DNA from: Felis catus
Lineage: Eukaryota
Direction: 5' to 3'
Assembly: GCF_018350175.1 (NCBI RefSeq)
Contig: NC_058368.1
Coordinates: forward strand, 113,276,001 to 113,340,000
DNA: 64,000 bases
Every line of letters starts with the position of its first letter. Within the stretch, counting starts at the first letter, position 1. The notes beneath the pieces are model-generated. The model made no database searches. It was not told where the DNA came from and saw only the letters and a program-made list of their open reading frames with translations. The position numbers and the translations under genes are program-made. Positions 25,302-37,549 of the stretch are shown one piece after another.

Positions 25302-26759
25302 TAGTAGATTCTAGTTTTAAAGGGTAGGTACTATCTGGGGGATTAATATCAAGTTCTCAAGGCCTCGCCTCATTCCAGAACAACTCCTTATCACCATCAT
25401 AAGATCAGGAATTAATGGGGCTGTGAAAATGACAATGGTGAGAATGATGAACAGCTATACCAAGTACGGGTATCGCTTGTGTGGGGAACTGTCAAAGAGG
25501 AGCTCAGGATGTATCGATATGTATCAGTATTGCAGTGATGGCAGGGACAAACATGGCAGGGACAAAATCATTTCTCTAACTTTCTCTATGACCATCTGTC
25601 TCCTCAAACACACTACAAACTTCTGGAGGGCCTGATGTGCGGTAAGGGCTTGATAAATGTTTGTTGGGTAGCTGTGAACATCAATGAGAGGGGAGTTTTA
25701 TCCTAGAGGAAAAATCCCTGGAGATAAGGAGGCATTGTGTGTTGACACAGGGAAGAGAGTATTCCAGGCTTGGGACGAACATAAGCCAGAGTCAAACCAC
25801 ATCAGAATGAATTGAGGGGAAAGTGAGTTTATGAGGCTGAGTGTACCAAAAGAGACACACTGCTGTTCCCCAGATAGTAGTTTTAAAAGATTAATCTGCA
25901 AGTGGAGTTCAGGGGGTGGAAAAGAGAAACGAAGCAGCAGGAGACCCTATGAGTAGGTGCTACGGTGCAGGAGGTGGAGGTGACAAGGACCAGGGTGATG
26001 TCAGTGGAAGAAGGGGGAAGAGAGGTCATAAATGAATAAGCAGTGGACTGGTCCCATAGGGAAAGTGACGGTCTGGGTGAGAAAACCCAAGAAGGGGAAG
26101 TCAGCACAGTTAGGTGGCAAAGCCCAGCATCGCCCCGAGGGAAAGCAAGAAGCGTTTTCAAAAGAAAGGAAGTAGCTGGTCAACACCCCCAAATTTCACA
26201 GAGAAGTCAGGAAGGAAGAATATTCAGCAGTAGCCCGGGATTTGGGGCTCAGGATTGCTGCAGTGAGTCTGAAGACCAAAGGTGAAGGTTCATGGGGTGA
26301 GGTGAAAGAAAGGGATGCAGTTAGCATAGTCCACACAATGAACCAAGAAGCTTCAAGGTTACAAGGCACCAAGACAGGGGTGACGCTCCTGGGTACAAAG
26401 GATAGAGGAAGAAGCAGAGAGGGAGGGGCAACAGGAAAGAGGAAGAGGGAGGGTCGGCACGAAGAAGGAATTCTTCTCCTTGTTCCTGAGGAGGGATGGA
26501 TGGGCACCCAAAGGCAGCGAGTCCCAGAGCTCAGCCCTACGATCTCAGTGTGGTCACAGCAAGAGGAAGGGCAGCTGCCATAGGAGGGGGGCAGGCAGGG
26601 GGACAGGGTGGTGCCCTTCCCTCACTGCTCTTCCTATCCTACACGCTGAATCCATTCTCCCTTCTCTCTGGGGGACTCGCCTTGCAAGCTTAGACCCCCC
26701 CAAATGCGTTAAGGTGGCTCCCCAGGGGACACTTTCCCACTGGCCTCACTAACACCTAC

Positions 26760-27140
26760 TAATCCTTCCAACATCAGATCAGGGGTCACTTCCTAATCCA
26801 AGTCCTCCTTCCCTGGCCACACCCAACAAGGTCAGATGCTACCACCTTTCTCGGTCATGGCACCTAGCTCTTACTCCTCACTGCTTCTCCTCCGTGCTCA
26901 CCTCACTCCTAGCCATGTGCTGTGCTTCAAAGCTGTGTCATGACTGTCCTCTCTCACGCTGGACTGTAAGCTCCAGGAGGACAGAGCCCTGTTCTTTTTT
27001 ACTATTATGCCCTGGCTCCCAGTACAGGGCCCGGCCGCCCCTGGCAACATGGCAGTCTCTGTTGGACAAGACTCTCTTCTCAGGCATCTGTGGTCCCTCA
27101 GGTCCTGTAGCACACAGTAGGTCCTGCCTGAGTGCCTGCT
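26760..27140 (+). mobile_element. L2 3'-end fragment
   Basis: ggactgtaagctccaggaggacagag...ccccagtacagggcc...ctggcaacatggcag resembles the L2 terminus. Confidence 0.55.
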
Positions 27141-28672
27141 TGCTGATGGGCTGCCTGCCTGGCTGGACATGGCAGTTAGCCCTCTCTAGGACCTCAACCT
27201 CCAGTGTACTAACAGAATAGGTAGAGACCTTGAGCTCTGAGACTCTCATGGCTAGAAGGACCTGTGAGAACAGAGTCCTTTGCAGGCTCAGTGCCCATTC
27301 CTGAGTGCCAGGCCCCATCGTGGGGACAGGGAGACAGTGGAGGATGAGACAGCTCCTGCCTCAAGGGGCTCTCAGCCTTGCAAGGAAGACAGAAAGAAAC
27401 AAGGCTTTCAGTACAGCGTGAACAATATGGTGAGAGTCTGTCCGGCACCGAGGGGAACCTCCCCCACTTATGGAGTACTTACAGGTGCCAAACTCAATGT
27501 CAGCACTTCACCAGGATGGCCTCACATTATTCCTTGCAATACCCCTAAATGAGCCAAGAGGTTGAATTCTCCGGGGGAGGGGGGCGTTGTAAATCCCTAC
27601 AGGCAGCTGTCGTTAACAATGGCAATGGCAGACGGCATGCTATGCGCATTTATTAGGTTCCAGGCCCTACACGAGCTATTTTACAGACAGACATCATCTC
27701 GTGGTTCTGTCATACTCCCATGGACTATGTATTATCATATTCCAGCCGAGAGAGCTGAGGTTGGCTCAGGGAGGTGAAAAGGCTTTGCCCAGGCACAAAG
27801 CTTGGATGGAGCAGAACCAAGAAGGAGAACCCAGGTTGGAAGGGCTCCAGAGCTGACTCAGGCTGTAGCCAACATGCAGTCTCTAGAGGAACACATGGTG
27901 ATGACAGATCAACGGTTGAGAAAGGGCCCCACAGACCTGGCATCCAGGACAAGCCTGGCATGGACAATGGGCATGCATGGTGGGCAGCTGTCTTCTCCAG
28001 CTGACAAGGCTTGAGGAAAAGGAGACAGCACAGAAGGGTATGCACAGGTGGTCGAGAGGGTCCAGGTGCAGGCCGGCACAGGCTCGGCAGGGGTGGGAAA
28101 GGGCAGATTCAGCTGCTGGGGACTTGCCACTGTCCAAGTCCTTCCCTAGCCAGTCTTCTTTCCCTACGAGTAAGACCACAAACAGCTCCCGGACCCTGGG
28201 TCTGGCACGCAGAGGAGTGCACAAGTTACTGCCTAAATTTAAATCAGGCCAAATTAGCACTGCTTCTGCAGGGGTCTGTGTTGTGACTCCTTTTTCCTCT
28301 CCCCGCCCCCAACCGCCCTGAGCTGAAGAGGGAGGAAGGGAGCATCCCCGCAGCATTGGCTGCATCAGGTCCAGGATCGGCCGCCTGCCGGCCCACCCGC
28401 CTGCCTGCCAGTGTGGTCAGTCTTAATCAGAGAGGCCGTGGGGAAGACTCAGATCATTCTCACCACCCAGGAAAGTGCCTCCAAGCAGACTCTCGTTTAC
28501 AGGGCACCGGTGCAGACACCTCCGTTCTCCAGAAGGAATGGGCAGATGGGGAGGAAGACGGCAAGCCTGGAATAGGGTGAATGTAAGTGGGTGGTGCACC
28601 CCGACCAGGGAGAATGTTCACCTGGGCCTCTGCTCCTGTGAGCCCCCTGCTGCCGCCCTGCACGGCTGGCCT

Positions 28673-28756
28673 GGCTTGTGGACCATGCATTCAGTGGGGG
28701 GGACCATGCATTCAGTGGGGGGCTTGTGGACCATGCATTCAGTGGGGGGGCGGGGG
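28673..28756. repeat. G-rich minisatellite, three copies of ggaccatgcattcagtggggg
   Basis: Directly visible tandem units, two of them preceded by ggcttgt. Confidence 0.9.
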
Positions 28757-29173
28757 CATCTGGCACCTGTCACTGGGTGGCAGGAAAGCCTGAGGTCACC
28801 ATTGCCCAAGCCCTCCCTTGTCTGATGAATGAATCTTAATCAGGCCTCGTGGGGACCGTGAGTAGCCCAAGCTGGGGCTTGAGGCCGGGGGGCATGAGTG
28901 TTCTGGCAACTTTTCAGCCACGGCGCCCAGGTGATGACCCAGCTCGCCTTCTCTCCTGGCTAAGCCACACAGAGGAGGTCAGGAACACTGGGGGCGGGAA
29001 GACAGATCACCAGCATGGGAGCAGGGGCGCGTTTTCTCTCTATTTGGATGCCCTGTGTGTCACAGTAATGCTCCAAGCTGAGTTTGACCAGGGATGTGGC
29101 TTCGTCCATGAAGTTCCCGGTAAGGAAGAAGAGTGTGGAGCAGGGCAAAGAGGGGGCTACTGTGAGGATGCAT

Positions 29174-29212
29174 GGGGGTAGGTGGGGTGGGGTGGGGTGG
29201 GGTGGGGTGGGG
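29174..29212 (+). repeat. (GGGGT)n tract
   Basis: gggggtaggtggggtggggtggggtggggtggggtgggg. Confidence 0.9.
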
Positions 29213-30560
29213 AAAGAGAGCTGAGCTAATATAAGAAATCACGTGTCCCTGGCAGGAGGAAGGGGCTGAGCAATGCTGAGGAGTTGCAGACCTGATTTCC
29301 AGAAGGGAAGGGACCTAATATCCCCTGGACACTAGCAATGGTCTACATCACCTTTCATTTTGCAGCAACTCTTATTTGCTAAGTAACCCTGAGTCGGGGC
29401 TGATCAGATGGTTCCAGGCTTTTCTTCCCTGCCTTGCCCTGACTGAGGGGTTTTGCCACAAGCAGAGCTCTAGAAAAACAGAATAAGGAGGAGTCAAGGG
29501 CAAGAAATTCGAAGACTCTCTTCCCTCCCATCCAGGAAGCCCTCTCTCACTCCTTCCTCTCCTCGCTTCCCCTGCCCGCAGGCTCCTTCTGTGCGTTCCC
29601 TCAGCACCGTCTGTCGCCCACCATCATGTGGCCTGCCACACGCTGTCATGTCCTATTTGTCCATCTCCTGCCCAACAGGGTTTCTCTGGGGACAGGGCTG
29701 GTGTCCAGCCCCCAGCACCGTACCCAGGAAACCATTCTGGAATGACAGTGCCCTTCCCTGTTGCCCTCCAAGCATGCCAATTCATGTCACTGGCTCAAAA
29801 ACGCCAGCCCCCCCACCACCCCCACCCCCGCCCCCAACACGGAGGACAGGCAAGCATGGGGTGGGAGCAAGGCCCTTTGGTCTCAGCCAGGCTTTTCCCA
29901 CTCCAGGCGGTTCACCTGCCCTGAGTGCTGCCCCGGGCTAAGCCCTGGGGAATCTGCTTCATCAACACCTACTTAGCAAGACGTTTAAAATACTATTGAT
30001 TTCTCTCCTCCAAAGTAGAGGTGAGACAGTGATAGACACTGTGAGCAGTTAGCAACAATGAGCTCCCTCCACCCCAGAAGTCATTTCCCTTTCAGATTAC
30101 CAGCCCGGCAGTCCTGGGAGAGAGGCAACACGCTAATGGAGGCAGAACCAGCAGGTGCTCTGGCTCCAAGAACAGCAATTAGAGGCTTAAGCTCCTTTTG
30201 TCTATGAGACAATGAGAAATAAAGCTGCTTTCAGACAGTGCACTTGCTTGCAAGGCATCTTTCCCTCCTGTTTCAGAAGAAAGACACGAGACCACACCTC
30301 TGCAAGAGCCAGGAGCCTCTGGTCAATGTCACGCCATCCCAGACAACATTTTCACACAGTTGCTGGATGCCGGACGTGGGACTACGTGCAGATAGGTAGC
30401 AGGGACATAAAGATGCAGAAAAACATAGCCCTTTGTCCTCTTGCAGTCAACCTGTGATGGGCAGAGCCCCCGTGTACTGGACACGGGCTAGGTAAGTGCT
30501 GCCGTGGAACATCAGCTCCAGGGGAGTAAAGCCCTCCACTTATTCTTTGTTGTTGGCGTC

Positions 30561-30939
30561 TGTTGTGGACCTAATGTGTGTGCCCACCCCACCCCCACTC
30601 ATATGCTGAAGTCCTAACCCCCCAGCGTGATGGTATAAAGAAAAGGGGCTTCTGGAATGTCAGTACGTTGAGAGGAGGTCCTGAAGGTGGAGCTTCCATA
30701 ATGGGCTTAGTGCCCTCCTAAGAAGAGGAAGAGACCAGACCCCAATCTTTCTGCACCATGACGTGAGGATACAGTAAGACGGCATGGTCTGCAGGCCAGC
30801 AAGAAGGCCCTGGCCAAGAACAGAGCCTGCTGGCACCTGGATCTTGGACTTCCCAGGCTCCAGAACCGTGAGAAGTAAATGTCAGTTGCTCAAGCTCCCC
30901 GGTCTGTGGTATGTTGTTACAGTCGCCTGAGCTAAGACA
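30561..30939 (+). mobile_element. MaLR solo LTR (MLT1A-like)
   Basis: tgttgtggacctaatgtgtgtg...atatgctgaagtcctaacccc...tgctggcacctggatcttggacttccc...gtggtatgttgttacag...gctaagaca; near-TSD gcgtc/gggtc. Confidence 0.85.
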
Positions 30940-32553
30940 GGGTCCTGGCACTTAGCACAAGGCCTGTCTCATAACAGGTGCTCAACCAACATTCTTTGAA
31001 TTAATTTCCATACTTGCCAGAGAAATGATGTCTACCGTAACAAATAATCCCTAGCATCTAAAAAAGTATGTAACCTTTCACTGTCCTCTCCCACTAAGAC
31101 AAAGGGGTTGCAAGATCATCATGCGTGTATCTCAGCCTCATTTACGGATTTCTTTGAGGTGTGGTTTGCTCCTTCAACTCAGAGTTACCAACCCCCCAAA
31201 ATAAAAAAGTCTCCTGATGTATAAATATGCATTGGAAAACATAAACATACAAATGAAGTTTCAGAAACTCTAGTCCCCTATACCTGATATTTGAGGGCCA
31301 AGGTACAGTCAATCAGGCAGAGGTCACCCAGAGGTGCTAGCCTCCGTCGCAAGAGGGGGTGGGGGTGCTGCCAGTGGCTCCATTTACATATTTTAATGAT
31401 CACATGAATGGGGTTTGTGGCAGAGACCAACTCAGGTTTGTCACCGAACAGAAAAATGCCTTCGGGAAACCAGCCGTTAGGAAACAGCAGACATCTCTGC
31501 CTGCCTGCAAGTTGGGTTGAAAAGTGTGCTCTTGCCTGGGGGCGGAGCCATCTCTCCTGGGGGTATTTTTCTTACAGCAAACACTGAGCGGGAGCCCTGA
31601 GGTCGGGGTTGAAGAACGAAAAGGCACTGAATTCATGCTCTCTCTCTGTCCCTTTCCGAATAAGAAGGTGAGACGAGGCAGGCAGCTACTCACAATCCGC
31701 ACTTCTGATCAACAAACTCCAGGACTCAGGGAGGACCACACTGGATGTCCAACTACTCCATGTCAGGGGAAATTCGCACCTCTGAGGTCCTATGGAAAGT
31801 CGATGGATACAGAATGCGGGCCTCCAGCAGAGAAGAATCAGGTACAGGACTTGCAGAAGCAGGACGGGGAAGAGGAAGATCAAAATGGACATAATCCACC
31901 CCTTTCCTTTTCCCCCTGAGAAATCTGCTGAGTGTCAGGGTTTCGACTGACTGGGTGGTGTGAGAGTGAAGGAGGGAGGGATGGAAAAGGGGAGATTCAA
32001 GAGGTAGAAAAGGAAGATGGCAGGAGAGGGGCAAGGAGTATCTACTTCATGCCAAAACCAAAAAATGGCGAGGAGCTTTGCTGAGGCTCTCGTATGCTTC
32101 TCCCTCCTCTCGGGCTCGCCCCACTTTTCATGGAAATCGTATCTTTGTAACACAGACAGCGGTATGAACCAAGAAAAGACCTTGCGGGTCAGGACTGTTT
32201 GTACACAGATAACTACAATCACATTTTGGTTTTCCCAGCAATCAATAGCCACATATGGCATTGCTTACTTTTACAATTACTGTTGAGATTTCATAAATGT
32301 ATGAATTTTCACCCCTAGAAGGTATGAGTTTTATGAGAGCAGAAACTGTACGTGTCCAAGTCTATATTCCTGCAGACAGGAGGAATCGAGGAGGGTTTTA
32401 TGACTTTGATTTCGTGCAAAGCTCTTATGATAGAGAATGGGAAGGATGTTGTTCAATACACTTTCCTACTGCCGATAATCCTGAAGATGATGATGACGAC
32501 AAAGGCAGCGATGACAGTGGTGGTAACAACGTCATTTGTTATGAGGCTATTGT

Positions 32554-32651
32554 GGGGCACCTGGGCAGCTCACTCGGTGAAGCAGGTGACTCTTGATCTT
32601 GGGGGTCATGAGTTCGAGTCCTACGATGGGGGTAGAATTTATTTCCATTTT
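32554..32651 (+). mobile_element. Short old-type carnivore tRNA-derived SINE
   Basis: ggggcacctgg...gactcttgatctt...gagttcgagtcc (B-box) ...gtagaattta; decayed TSD ttatgaggctattgt / ttatgaggttacggt. Confidence 0.8.
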
Positions 32652-32659
32652 TTATGAGG

Positions 32660-32870
32660 TTACGGTTATACACCAGGCCCCATTCCAAGTGCTTTACAGT
32701 GATGATTACACTTAAGCCTCAAAACAATTCCAGAAGGAGGTGTCATTATTGGTGTCCCATTCTCCAATACAGATATGAATTCAAAGCAGTTCGAGCGTTT
32801 GTTACAAGTCAACAACCAATGAGCAGATTTATGAACTGAACACGGGTCTGTCTGAATGTAGAACCGGAAC
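32660..32870 (-). mobile_element. MIR fragment
   Basis: ccaggccccattccaagtgctttaca...cctcaaaacaattcc...cccattctccaatacag...gggtctgtctga. Confidence 0.6.
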
Positions 32871-33051
32871 AGTCCACCATCCTGCTTGTCTCACTGCCAT
32901 CCCATGGTTTCTGCAACAGGGACACTATGCTCACACCGGGAGTCCTGGGAGGACAAGGGTAAGCCTGAGGCATGTGCCCACAAATTATGCATCTGGATAC
33001 TTGAGGACCTCAGTGCCTGTCCGTGCTGATGACCAGTGCGGCGCTTGAACA

Positions 33052-33328
33052 TCAGTCACTGCTTCTCCTTGGTATCATTCCACCCTGCACACTGCCTTTG
33101 CAGAAGACTCGAGTTGGAGGATGCAAATTCAGATTACAAACCCTCATCCGCCATCCTTCTGGCTCCCTTACAAAACCAGAGCATCCGTGCACCAGGTGCC
33201 CTCAGCCCCCTGAACAGGGCCCACACCATCAGCAGATAGGGCTTTGTTAGCCACGGCCCAGAAGGAGGCACAGTCCTGGCATCGGGGCGCTGGGGATGAT
33301 TTAGGATGTATACCCTCGGCTGCGGGTA
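33052..33328 (+). repeat. Left arm of long inverted repeat
   Basis: Reverse complement of 34344-34615 by manual alignment; also visible as identical peptides on opposite strands in the ORF track (LLLLGIIPPCTLPLQKTR; PAAEGIHPKSSPAPRC). Confidence 0.97.
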
Positions 33329-34343
33329 GCTCCTGCTGAGCCACCCCACTGGGAAGGCCCTGCACAAGAAGAAAAGAGCAACCCACTCAAAGGGAATACG
33401 GGCTCCTGCCTCCCATGCACCCAGGACAACGCTGCACATTCATAAGGGTAGGTTCATCACCTACCCTTCAGGTGGTAGGTTCATCACCTGAGCAACAGCT
33501 TCCCTCCCGTGCCGGCCTTCCTCGGGTTAGGGTAAGACCAAAGGCCCCCACACCTAACTCACACAATGCTTACATGCCTTGAAAAGTAACAGACCCTGCT
33601 GCTAGCTTGGGTCTGCCAGGGCTGGCTTTTCCAGAGCTTCCCTGACGGTTCATCTGGAGCTGTCATGCACAGCCAGATTTTTACCTGAGTTTCTGTCGCT
33701 CCTCCTGCATTTGTCTCCCTGCTCAGTCTCTGTCAGGCAGCGGCCCAGGGCCTGCCGGGCAGTGGTGCCAGCAGAGACTGGGCTCTGAGCCTGGAGCAAA
33801 AGGGCCGTCAGTACTGACTGGCTTCCAGCTGAAGTGGGCCCGCCCAGCCATCCAAAGAGGCGGGAAGGACCGTGTGAACAGCAGGCTGGCACTTCATGAG
33901 GGCTTGGACAACTGTTCTAATGTATCCTGATGAGCTCCGTCTGCTGCCAATCCACACTGGGCATATGTCTCCTCGCCCCAGCTCTGTATTTGGGCTAGAA
34001 AATTCATTGCTAAGCATGTATACGCCTTGCAGAAAGGAGACAAATACTGGAACCAACCTACAAGCGTATCTGGGACCAAAGGAAGGCAGGTGGGAAAGAT
34101 CATGCTGCAAATGTGGACCCACAAAATGCCTGAGGGATAGATACTTCTTGGCCAAGACAGCAACCAACTCCTGAATTACCGAACAATCCCAGAGCTTGAA
34201 AGCGACCCGTCAAAGTGTTCACCCTGGCTGGAGCCTTAGCGAAAACTAATTCATGACCCGCTTTTCTTGTTTCCCTGTGGTGTGCCAGGGCTCTCATTCT
34301 CACTCGTTTCTGAGATCCAGTTTACCTCCAATCTCGACTTTTT

Positions 34344-34615
34344 TACCAGCAGCTGAGGGTATACATCCTAAATCATCCCCAGCGCCCCGATGCCGGGACT
34401 GTGCCTCCTTCGGGGCTGTGGCTAACAAAGCCCTATCTGCTGATGGTGTGGGGGACCTGTTCAGGGGGCTGAGGGCACCTGGTGCTCTGGTTTTTGTAAG
34501 GGAGCCAGAAGGATGGCGGATGAGGGTTTGTAATCTGAATTTGCATCCTCCATCTCGAGTCTTCTGCAAAGGCAGCGTGCAGGGTGGAATGATACCAAGG
34601 AGAAGCAGTAACTGA
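34344..34615 (-). repeat. Right arm of long inverted repeat
   Basis: Reverse complement of 33052-33328. Confidence 0.97.
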
Positions 34616-36153
34616 AATTGGTTAAGAACCATCAGTTTTGCAAACAACTTCCCATCTCTTGACATTCATGATCTTTGCTAAGAGTGAGTTTTCTTCTGGG
34701 AACTGCGAGTAAGAAATGCTGAGAGACAAGAGCCCTCTGAGGTGAACACGCCTGACCATCTGCTGGCCTCAATCTCTGGCGGAGGGAATTTCCCCTGCAC
34801 TGGCCTTCTGGGAAATCAGCGAGTGACAAATGAGGGCCCACCATGTGCTTGGCCAGGACTGGATGACCCAGACGAAGCACATTTCCAAGCAAAAAGGCTG
34901 GGGACCAAACATACTCCCTTTTTAAAAAATATTTTACATGACAAAAATTTTAGAGTAGTAGAGTACTGAAGAAGAAACACAAAGTAGGAGTGCTCAAAGC
35001 ACATTTCAAGATTTACTCTAAGGCAGCAATCATTAAGACAGTGTGGTAGTGGTGAGAAAGTAAACGACTGATGGAACGGAACAGGGGACTGAGATGTAGA
35101 CCCACACGACTGTAGTCAGGTGAATTTGCAAAAGGAGCAAAGGTAGCGGATTCAGTTCAAGGGAGAAAGGACAGTCTTTCCAGTAAATGGTGCTGGAACT
35201 ATCAGATGCCAAAATGCAAAAAGAATGAACCTACTCGGGGACCTTATACTTTAACACATAATTAAAATGGGTGATAAGCCAATAGGTAAATTGCAAAACT
35301 ACAAAACTTCTAGAAGAGAGGAGAAAATCTATGTGACCTTGGGTTTGGCAATAAACTTTTTGAACTAATGCCAAAAGCACAATCCATGAAAACAAAAATG
35401 AGTGGGACTTGATTAAAATTAAAACCTCCGGCTGTGTGAATGACAGTTATGGGAACCAAAACATAAGCTACCGCCTGGGAGAAAATATTTGCAAACACAT
35501 ATCTGACAAAGAATGTGTATCCGAAATGAAATACCCTTAAAACTCAACAACAGGAAGACCAAAAGCCCAATTAAAAAACATACAAAAGATGTGACCAGAT
35601 ACCTCATTTAATAAGAGGTAAAATAACCATATGAAGAGATTCTCAACATCAGCTGTCACTAGGGAAATGCAAATGGAAACAATGGCACAGCACCACATAC
35701 CTATTAGGATGTCTACAATTAAAACAAAACAAAACAAAACAATCTGACAATACCAATTGCTGGCAAGGATGCAAAGCAACAGACACTCTCATTACTGGTA
35801 GTGTGAATACAAAATGGTATTGTGACTTAGGAAAACAGTTTGGCAAAGTCTTTTAAATCTAAGTATCTTACCATGTGATCCAGCAATAGCACTCCTAGGT
35901 ATCTGCCCAATTAATGTGAAATATTATACCAACAGTCAGAAAAGCTACATTAAAATGTATCACCTTTATTCGTAATTGCACAAACTGGAAACAACCAAGA
36001 CGTCCTTCAGTAGGTGAATGGATAGATTATGAAAACACCTATACGACGGGGTACGATGCATTGATAAAAAGGAACAAATATCAAGCTACAAAAATATGTT
36101 TGAATCTTATATGAATATTGCTAAGTGAACACTGGTCTTTAAAAAAAGGTTAC

Positions 36154-36361
36154 GGCGCAGTCGGTTAAGCGTCCGACTTCAGCCAGGTCACGATCTCGCG
36201 GTCCGTGAATTCGAGCCCCGCGTCGGGCTCTGGGCTGATGGCTCGGAGCCTGGAGCCTGTTTCCCATTCTGTGTCTCCCTCTCTCTCTGCCCCTCCCCCG
36301 TTCATACTCTGTCTTTCTCTGTCCCAAAATTAAATAAACGTTGAAAAAAAAAATGAAAAAA
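36154..36361 (+). mobile_element. Young Felis-type CAN-SINE, 5'-truncated by ~13 nt, nested in the L1
   Basis: Starts at ggcgcagtcgg; TSD aaaaaaaggttac (36141-36153 / 36362-36374). Confidence 0.96.
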
Positions 36362-37373
36362 AAAAAAAGGTTACACAATGAATGGTTCCATTTTTATGAC
36401 ACAAAACCATAGAGATAGTACATTGGTTCTCAGGGATTTGAGGTGGGGAAGTGGGAGTGGTTAAAAAGTGAAGCACAAGGAATTTTCTCAGAGTGGTGAA
36501 CCTATTATTCATGATACTGTAAGGGGGGGGGGGATATATGACAATATAAATGTGTCATGAGCCACAGAACACTGTAGCAGAAAGGGAACCTTAATGTATG
36601 CCAATGTTCGAAAATCTTTTACAAAGTCGGGAGACCCTAGGATGAAATGCAAAATGTGAAAACACAATCTACATGGATTACAAAACGTGCTGACCTGAGT
36701 AGTTTGGAAATAAGTGGAGACTGTAAGACTAAAGGCAAAATGACATAAGCACTGTGCTCTGACTGATAAAGTCGTTTCCCATAGAGGTAGGGGTTAACAG
36801 TCCTGAGACCACTCTACAAGCATATTGGAACTGAAGAATTAAGTAAACGGATTGCAGATGCTGGGAGCCCAGTTTCTCACTGATGGAGAAGGAAATTAAA
36901 GACAAACAAGGGAGGGGGCTAGAATGATCCATGTGCTCATGGATCCAAGTTGAGGACATCACTATGAATTCGTGTTTAGCTTAATATAGATAAGGATGGA
37001 TTCCTATAGAATTTACAGGTCTATGCATATGTTTATCAGTATACACACATATACTTCCTTGCCCTGTCGGCTGAGAAGGCAGAGAAACAACATTCTAGTA
37101 GTAATGAGCACACCCAGTGCCGAGTTGCCCAAATCTTGGTTTCTAATACGATTCTCCAATTAAAGGAACCAGGGCTACCTGGCAAAATGGCTGGGATAAG
37201 GAATAGACGAGATGAGCCTGAGGCAACTTGTAGCACCAGAAAGTAAACAAGTGTCCAAAAATAAGTAAATAAAATAAACAAAATGAGAGTATATCAAAGG
37301 GACAAAGGACCCAAGAGAAGGAGCTCCCAAGTCCAAAGCTGCAATAATTTGCACAACAAAATCTTAGGATTGG

Positions 37374-37549
37374 ACTGATTTAATAGTTAGTATTGGATTG
37401 TAACCTCAGGTACAAAATAAATGCTTATGAATCCATAAATGAATGATTGAATGAATGAACAACTGATTTAATAGTTAGTATTGGATTGTAACCTCAGGTA
37501 CAAAATAAATGCTTATGAATCCATAAATGAATGATTGAATGAATGAACA
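37374..37549. repeat. Perfect tandem duplication, 2 x 88 bp
   Basis: actgatttaatagttag...gaatgaatgaaca at 37374-37461 and 37462-37549. Confidence 0.95.

Noticed and set aside
32297..32596. Acidic ORF (EDDDDDKGSDDSGG) reminiscent of the SPOCK1 acidic tail
   Set aside because: Wrong strand for SPOCK1, derived from a decayed (GAT)n repeat, runs into a SINE and does not match the testican C-terminus.
33052..34615. Inverted repeat interpreted as a TIR/foldback transposon
   Set aside because: No target-site duplication outside the arms (cttgaaca vs aattggtt), no recognisable hAT/mariner termini and no transposase remnant in the spacer.
33023..34665. Paired ORFs with identical peptides on opposite strands suggesting a duplicated gene
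   Set aside because: Explained by the DNA inverted repeat. Indels between the arms shift the frames, and there is no recognisable domain or splice structure.
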